A program made the position numbers and the translations under genes. From Acidimicrobiia bacterium (GTDB lineage: Bacteria; Actinomycetota; Acidimicrobiia; Acidimicrobiales; CADCSY01), in the NCBI GenBank assembly GCA_050249235.1, contig JBFWQW010000002.1, positions 7,936 to 71,935 of the forward strand: a DNA stretch of 64,000 nucleotides, in the 5' to 3' direction. Below the pieces are notes generated by a model. It was not told the DNA's origin, did no database searches, and saw only the letters and a list, made by a program, of their open reading frames with translations. Shown here one piece after another: positions 58,941 through 64,000 of the stretch. Each line of letters starts with the position of its first letter. Position 1 is the first letter of the stretch.

Positions 58941-59011
58941 GCGGGTGTAGTTCAGCGGCAGAACATCAGCTTCCCAAGCTGAGAACGCGGGTTCGATTCC
59001 CGTCACCCGCT
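58941..59011 (+). tRNA. tRNA-Gly (anticodon CCC)
   Basis: Acceptor GCGGGTG/CACCCGC, D arm GTTCAGCGGCAGAAC, anticodon stem TCAGC/GCTGA with loop TTCCCAA, T arm GCGGGTTCGATTCCCGT. CCA is not encoded. Confidence 0.85.
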
Positions 59012-59067
59012 CTCTCATGTCCGGCATGTCTCGCGACAGGCGTCCGGGATCTCATGAAACCGGACAC

Positions 59068-59081
59068 CGTCACCCGCTCTC
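59068..59081 (+). repeat. 14-bp direct repeat of the tRNA-Gly 3' end (att-like scar)
   Basis: CGTCACCCGCTCTC at 59001-59014 (the tRNA 3' acceptor half plus 4 nt) recurs exactly at 59068-59081. Confidence 0.6.
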
Positions 59082-59089
59082 GCGGCTCC

Positions 59090-59530
59090 TCGCCGGTCCG
59101 GACGTGCCCGACCCGCTGGCGATCGTCGTCATCACGACCTTCGACCTCGACGAGTACGTGCACGGGGCCCCGCGCGCCGGGGCTCGTGGCTTCCTGCTCA
59201 AGACGCCGGCCCTGATCTGATCGTGCAGGCGATCAAGGCAGCTGCCAGCGGAGACGCTCTCATCGCGCCGAGCGTCACGGCCCGGCTCCTTGCCACCTTC
59301 TCGGGACCGTCCAGAGTCTCGGCCCGCCCAGCCGATCGACTCCCTGACCGATCGCGAGGAAGAGGTCCTCCTGGCCGTCGCGAAGGGGTGGACGAACACC
59401 GAGATCGCGACGGAGCTGTTCATCAGTCTCAGCACCGTCAAGACCCTCCTGGCGAGCCTCATGAGCAAGCTCAGCGCCCGGAACCGGGTGGAGATCGCGA
59501 TGTGGCCCACGAGACGGGCCGAGTTCGGGG
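59090..59530 (+). pseudogene. NarL/LuxR-type response regulator remnant (5' truncated, at least 2 frameshifts)
   Basis: Three frames together read ...PLAIVVITTFDLDEYVHGAPRAGARGFLLK / QAIKAAASGDALIAPSVTARLLATF / LTDREEEVLLAVAKGWTNTEIATELFISLSTVKTLLASLMSKLSARNRVE. The first ~70 receiver residues, including the phospho-Asp, are absent. Confidence 0.75.
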
Positions 59531-59753
59531 CTGAGCTCGCGCCGAGGACGCAGCAGGTCAACTCCTCGACAACGAGCGACTTCGGCTCGCCACCGCCGTG
59601 GGGGCGCGCTTCATCCAACATCCATCCAACACGCCCGGCCGTTCAGGGGTCTGCTGCACGTTCGGTTGACGGTGGTCGTGACTGATCATGCTGCCTGCTG
59701 GGTCGACCTCGTGACGAGTGTGAGAAGCAGCCGCGCCGGTAGCTCGACCGGCG

Positions 59754-60203
59754 TCAGCCCTCGCCTTCGAGGGAGACCACCTTCCACGGCAGACCTTCGG
59801 CATCGAGCACGCCAGCGAGCACTCCACTCGCCGCAGGGGCTGACAACCAGACCGTGGCTCGCACCAGTCGCGCGACGGCGACAGCTTCGAGGTTCAGCAG
59901 GTTCAGTTGCGCGTGACGCCGTGAGATGTCTGCCATTGCCGGCACCGTGGCCCGCGGATCGGGAAGTCCGATGTCCTCGCGCAGTTCGAGCAGGCTCAGG
60001 ATCGCCGTCTCCTGCTCGGCCACGGCGAGCTGTTCGAACGGGCCGGACAAGTGACCCCCGGCGCCGGCTACGGCCGCGCGGCAGGCTCGGTAGTACCAGT
60101 ACGAGGTCGTGAAGAGGTTCGGGCGACGTCGCCCTCGAGGGATACCGACCAACAGCTCCTCGATGAGCAGGCGGTCGTCCAAGAGAACGACCTCGGTCGC
60201 CAC
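59754..60203 (-). CDS. Putative toxin of a type II TA pair (possibly PIN/VapC-like)
   Basis: A 149-aa ORF starting 7 nt after the AbrB-type antitoxin stop. Its N-terminus VVLLDDRLLIEELL resembles the first acidic strand of PIN domains. The family assignment is tentative. Confidence 0.5.
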   Translation of the reverse strand: MATEVVLLDDRLLIEELLVGIPRGRRRPNLFTTSYWYYRACRAAVAGAGGHLSGPFEQLAVAEQETAILSLLELREDIGLPDPRATVPAMADISRRHAQLNLLNLEAVAVARLVRATVWLSAPAASGVLAGVLDAEGLPWKVVSLEGEG

Positions 60204-60210
60204 CGGATCG

Positions 60211-60450
60211 CTACTGGTCTACGAGGTCCGGATCGACAACGGCTGCGAGACCCTGTTCGTAGCGGTCCGCCAGCACCCGCCGCAGTTCACGCCGAGCCGC
60301 ATTCACGCCGCCCGGAATGACGAGCGCTGCATCGCCGAGGTCGATGAAGCCCACTTCGCCGCCCTCATCGATGCCCCACCGATGACGAAGCTCGGCGGGC
60401 AGGCTTGTCTGACCTCGGTGGGACACTCTTGCGGTGCTCGTCGCGCTCAC
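60211..60450 (-). CDS. AbrB/SpoVT-type antitoxin
   Basis: VSHRGQTSLPAELRHRWGIDEGGEVGFIDLGDAALVIP is the swapped-hairpin AbrB/MazE motif. The start is GTG at 60450. Confidence 0.75.
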   Translation of the reverse strand: MSATSTARVSHRGQTSLPAELRHRWGIDEGGEVGFIDLGDAALVIPGGVNAARRELRRVLADRYEQGLAAVVDPDLVDQ

Positions 60451-60457
60451 AGACGCA

Positions 60458-60479
60458 TTGTACGCTGAGCGACTTACAA
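60458..60479. promoter_or_regulatory. Imperfect palindrome containing a TACAAT -10-like hexamer just upstream of the antitoxin
   Basis: The minus strand reads TTGTAAGTCGCTCAGCGTACAAT-GCGTCT-GTG, with nested inverted repeats TTGTA/TACAA and CGCT/AGCG. TACAAT ends 6 nt before the start codon, which would suit a leaderless transcript. Confidence 0.35.
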
Positions 60480-60599
60480 GGCAACGGGCTGGTCGGACGG
60501 CTCATGGAAGAAGACCAGATCCTCAACGCGGTCAGGCGGTGTTCCGAGGAGAACGGCGGGAGGGCCGTCGGCAACGGGGCTCTTCGGATCTCAGCGGGG

Positions 60600-61021
60600 A
60601 GTGATGGTGGCGAGTAGGGCCCTCGACCAGGGCATCGGTGATCCCCTGGAGCCCGCTCGCACGAGGGCGTCCGACCCGTGACTGGGACGGCGTCACCGAT
60701 CGCTCCCGGATCGACCCCTTCGCCGGTCGCCTGTACGACGAGGCGTCCGACTGAGAGATCGTCGAGGCGGTCACCGCCGTCGCCAGCGAGCGGGGACTTC
60801 CCCGCGCCCAGGTCGCGACCGCCTGGATGCTGTCGAAGCCCGGTGTCGTGGCGCCGATCATCGGTGCCACCAAGCCCCACCACCTCGACGATGCGATCGC
60901 GGCCGTCGACGTCGAGCTGTCCGCGGACGAGATCGCTCGTCTGGAAGCGCCCTACCTCCCCCACGCTGTGGCCGGGTTCGCACGACGACCCGGCACCGAC
61001 CCCGAAAAGGAACCCCGATGA
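60600..61021 (+). pseudogene. Aldo/keto reductase remnant (5' truncated, frameshift, in-frame TGA at 60752)
   Basis: It reads ...QGIG / VIPWSPLARGRPTRDWDG...LYDEASD*EIVEAVTAVASERGLPRAQVATAWMLSKPGVVAPIIGATKPHHLDDAIAAVDVELSADEIARLE. Its stop still overlaps the next AKR gene's start as ATGA. Confidence 0.7.
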
Positions 61022-62043
61022 CCTCTCTGCCGACCAACCCGCTCGGACGCACGGGCATGAACCTCACCCGCGTCGGCTTCGGCGCGTGGGCCATCGGCGG
61101 TGAGTGGCTCGCCGGCTGGGGCCCCCAGGACGACGCCGAGTCGATCGCCGCCATCCGCCACGCCATCGACGCTGGGATCAACTGGATCGACACCGCGCCG
61201 GCCTATGGCCTCGGGCACTCGGAAGAGGTCGCCGCGGCGCTGCGCGGGGTACCGCAGGCCGACCGGCCCTACGTGTTCACGAAGGCAGGCCTCATCTGGG
61301 ACGAGGCGCTCGCCGCCGGCAGCCGGATGGAGGCGGCGCCGTCGCGGTCGGGCACCGTCGCGAGCATCCGTCGAGAGGTCGAGGCGTCCCTCCGTCGACT
61401 GCAAGTCGAGCAGATCGACCTCTACCAGATGCACTGGCCGGCCCAGGACGCATCCCTCGAGGAGTACTGGGGCGCCTTCGCCGACCTCCAGCAGGAGGGC
61501 AAGGTGCGCGCCATCGGTCTCTCCAACCACGACGTCGCCCAGCTCGAGGCGGCCGAGGCCATTGCCCATGTCGACTCGTTGCAGCCACCCCTCAGTCCTG
61601 TGAACCGCGCCGCGGGTGGCGACGTCGTTCCCTGGTGCGCCGAGCACGGGACCGGCGTGATCGTCTACAGCCCGATGGCGTCCGGCCTCCTGAGCGGTTC
61701 GTGGTCCCGGGAGCGAACGGCGTCGCTCGATGCCGGCGACTGGCGCCGGAACAACCCCCTCTTCAGTGGTGACGGCCTCGAGGCTGCTCTGGATCTCGTG
61801 GATCGGCTCCGGCCCGTGGCCGAGGAGCACAAGAGCTCCGTCGGTTCGATCGCCATTGCGTGGACACTCGCGTTTGCTGGCGTCACGGGTGCCATCGTCG
61901 GGGCCCGGACCCCCGCGCAGATCGACGGATGGATCGATGCCGCCACCCTCGAGCTCGGCGCCGGCGCGCTCGATGCCGTGGCCGCGGCAATCGAGACGTC
62001 GGGCGTCGGCGCTGGGCCCGCCCGGCCAGGTGCCACGTCGTGA
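61018..62043 (+). CDS. Aldo/keto reductase
   Basis: A 341-aa protein: GFGAWAIGG, IDTAPAYGLGHSEE, DLYQMHWP, GLSNH. Confidence 0.9.
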   Translation: MTSLPTNPLGRTGMNLTRVGFGAWAIGGEWLAGWGPQDDAESIAAIRHAIDAGINWIDTAPAYGLGHSEEVAAALRGVPQADRPYVFTKAGLIWDEALAAGSRMEAAPSRSGTVASIRREVEASLRRLQVEQIDLYQMHWPAQDASLEEYWGAFADLQQEGKVRAIGLSNHDVAQLEAAEAIAHVDSLQPPLSPVNRAAGGDVVPWCAEHGTGVIVYSPMASGLLSGSWSRERTASLDAGDWRRNNPLFSGDGLEAALDLVDRLRPVAEEHKSSVGSIAIAWTLAFAGVTGAIVGARTPAQIDGWIDAATLELGAGALDAVAAAIETSGVGAGPARPGATS

Positions 62044-63002
62044 GCAGCGCGGCGATGGTGGGGATCGGAAGCACGGGTGCGACGGTGTCTCGGCACAGCC
62101 TGGGTTGTGGGCCGTTCGGTGATATGTGGGCGCCGGTGCCCGACGAGCAGGCGGTCGCCACGGTGCGAGGTGCTTTCGAGGTCGGTGTCCGCTACTTCGA
62201 CACCGCCCCGCTGTACGGCGTCGGGAAGTCGGAACGCAGGCTCGGGCTCGGCCTGCGTGACCTGCCCCGCGATCAGCTCACGGTGTCGAGCAAGGTCGGC
62301 CGGGTGCTCCAGGACGACGACGGCACGATCCCACCGACCTTCGAGTACACGCCCGATGCCGTCCGGTCATCCCTCGAGGGCAGCCGGGCCCGTACCGGTC
62401 TGGATCGGTTCGACATCGTGCACGTCCACGATCCCGAGCGCCACGTCGAAGCGGCGCTCGAGGGAGCGTTTCCGACGCTGCGAACCATGCAGGCAGCGGG
62501 GGAGATCGGTGCGGTCAGCTGCGGCACCAACGTCAGCGAGCCGCTGGTGCGGTTCATTCGCGAGGGTGTCGTCGACTGCGTGCTGATCTCCGGCCAGTGG
62601 ACCCTGCTCGATCAGACGGCGCTCGACGAGCTCCTCCCGCTCGCCCTGGAACGCGGGGTCGCCGTGATCGCGGCGAGCGTGTTCAACAGCGGGATCCTTG
62701 CCGACCCGGAAGCCGATCCGGCGTTCGTGAACTACAAGTACCGGCCACCTGAGCCGGACACCCTGGACCGGACGCGCCGGATCCGTGACGTGTGCGCCCG
62801 CCATGGCATCCCGCTGAAGGCGGCCGCCATCCAGTTCCCGCTGACCCATCCGGCCGTCGCCACCGTGCTGCTCGGCTGCCGCAGCCCAGAAGAGGTGGCC
62901 TCCAACGCGGCCGACCTCGCTGTCGACATCCCCGCCGATCTCTGGCGCGAGCTCGCGGCCGAGAGCCTCATCCGACCCGACGCCGCACCGACCGCCCGCT
63001 GA
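62040..63002 (+). CDS. Aldo/keto reductase (second, divergent copy)
   Basis: GTG 62040 overlaps the upstream TGA, with an alternative ATG at 62055. The sequence includes FDTAPLYGVGKSERRLG, DIVHVHDP and GCRSPEEV. Confidence 0.8.
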   Translation: MSSAAMVGIGSTGATVSRHSLGCGPFGDMWAPVPDEQAVATVRGAFEVGVRYFDTAPLYGVGKSERRLGLGLRDLPRDQLTVSSKVGRVLQDDDGTIPPTFEYTPDAVRSSLEGSRARTGLDRFDIVHVHDPERHVEAALEGAFPTLRTMQAAGEIGAVSCGTNVSEPLVRFIREGVVDCVLISGQWTLLDQTALDELLPLALERGVAVIAASVFNSGILADPEADPAFVNYKYRPPEPDTLDRTRRIRDVCARHGIPLKAAAIQFPLTHPAVATVLLGCRSPEEVASNAADLAVDIPADLWRELAAESLIRPDAAPTAR

Positions 63003-63133
63003 AGGCCCCGGGAGACGACGATGCCGAGCACCACGATCGAGCTGGCCACACCCGGCGGGCGGATGCCGTCTACGAAGACGATCCCCGGGGGTGCGCTACC
63101 GATCCGGCACCCCCCGCGCAGCCGCTCCGGTGG

Positions 63134-64000
63134 TCAGGTGCCGCCGGCGATCGTGATGCCGGCTGCAGCGGCGTGCTCCCAGTCATCGTCGATGTGCACG
63201 ACGTCGCGGCCGGCACAGTCCATGAGGGACGCACCGATGGACGCGCGGTAGCCGGACTTGCAGTGGACCCACACCTCGCCGTCGGGGACCTCGTGCTGGT
63301 GGCCTCGAAGCTCGTAGAAGGGGATGTGGACGGCACCGTCGACGTGGGCCTCGCGCCACTCGTCGGGGCGGCGGACGTCGAGCACGACGATCTCGTCCCC
63401 GCGTACGGCTCGCTCGGCGGCGAGGTCGGCGAAGGTGGCTCGCCGGTAGCTGGAGATCTCGCCGGAGGGCGTGAGGGATGACGGTTCGCCGATGGCGGCG
63501 CCGGCGAGTCGGTCGATGCCGATGCGCACGAGCTGGCGGCGTGCCTCGAGGACCTGGCCGGGATCGTCGCCGATGAGGGTGATGGGCACGTCCCAGGGGA
63601 CGGTCCAGCCGAGGTAGGTGGCGAAGGGGTCGGCGAGCTCGATGGCGACGGTGCCGGGGACGTGGCCGGCGGCGTAGGCCTGGCGGGCACGGAGGTCCAC
63701 GACCCATTCGCCGTGCTCGAGCCGATGCTGCAACACGGCCGGGTTGACCGGCTGGGGCATCGAGAGGTCGGGTTCGCCGGGGCCGGCGAGGTTCAGCGGT
63801 GCCATCTGCGCGTAGTAGCGCGGGTAGGCGGTGAGGCCCGCCATGAGCTCGGCGACGAAGGCGTCCTCGGACTTGGTGAGGGCGTTGTTCTGCAGCTTCT
63901 CCTTGCCGATCGTCGACTCGTCGCCCTTGGTCTCCGTCGCCGAGCAGAATGACCCGAAGCCGTGAGTCGGGTACACGACCGTCTCATCCGGGAGCTCAGC
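63134..64000 (-). CDS. MBL-fold hydrolase fused to two rhodanese domains (5' end beyond the window)
   Basis: The reading frame is open to the window edge. YPTHGFGSFC is the end of the beta-lactamase fold. Two rhodanese-like repeats follow, the last with the active-site loop VHCKSGYRAS. Confidence 0.8.
   Translation of the reverse strand, partial: AELPDETVVYPTHGFGSFCSATETKGDESTIGKEKLQNNALTKSEDAFVAELMAGLTAYPRYYAQMAPLNLAGPGEPDLSMPQPVNPAVLQHRLEHGEWVVDLRARQAYAAGHVPGTVAIELADPFATYLGWTVPWDVPITLIGDDPGQVLEARRQLVRIGIDRLAGAAIGEPSSLTPSGEISSYRRATFADLAAERAVRGDEIVVLDVRRPDEWREAHVDGAVHIPFYELRGHQHEVPDGEVWVHCKSGYRASIGASLMDCAGRDVVHIDDDWEHAAAAGITIAGGT

Overview
The window is a high-GC (roughly 70%) chromosomal segment, almost certainly Actinomycetota. 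The caa3-type oxidase with a fused cytochrome c domain and the gene order hint at an Acidimicrobiia-like lineage, but that placement is inference only. The content is mostly core metabolism, and genes are packed tightly, often sharing ATGA/GTGA stop-start overlaps.

Gene content, left to right:
- an edge-truncated DUF4389-like gene that the ORF track misses
- tlpA/ccdA cytochrome c maturation genes
- a four-gene osmoprotectant ABC transporter
- serS
- a long minus-strand respiratory operon (ctaB, three extra membrane genes, ctaC-D-E-IV-G), with ctaA divergent from it
- clpS and a DUF2017 gene
- tRNA-Glu
- two acyl-CoA dehydrogenases
- a small XRE module
- tRNA-Asp and tRNA-Phe
- a bldC-like gene and pyrE
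- a purine supercluster (purM-F-L, purQ-S-C-B-E-D-A)
- the heat-shock operon dnaK-grpE-dnaJ-hspR-clpB with a HAIR operator
- c-di-GMP proteins and gpmA
- two pseudo-receiver LuxR regulators
- a P-II gene, an Fe-S reductase, and CAP and M19 proteins
- tRNA-Gly followed by a decayed islet holding a toxin-antitoxin pair
- aldo/keto reductases

Most interesting observations:
- A heme-copper oxidase subunit I/III paralogue module appears to have lost its binuclear-centre ligands. It is translationally coupled to the canonical caa3 operon.
- A structured intergenic repeat family occurs at two loci, once as a perfect 44-bp x 3.9 array.
- An unrelated tandem repeat of about 80 bp lies inside the pur cluster.
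- An XRE three-gene module sits beside an AT-rich perfect palindrome.
- One ORF carries an LPXTG-type sorting signal in its interior.

Every call comes from reading the sequence by eye. No database search or computation was run.
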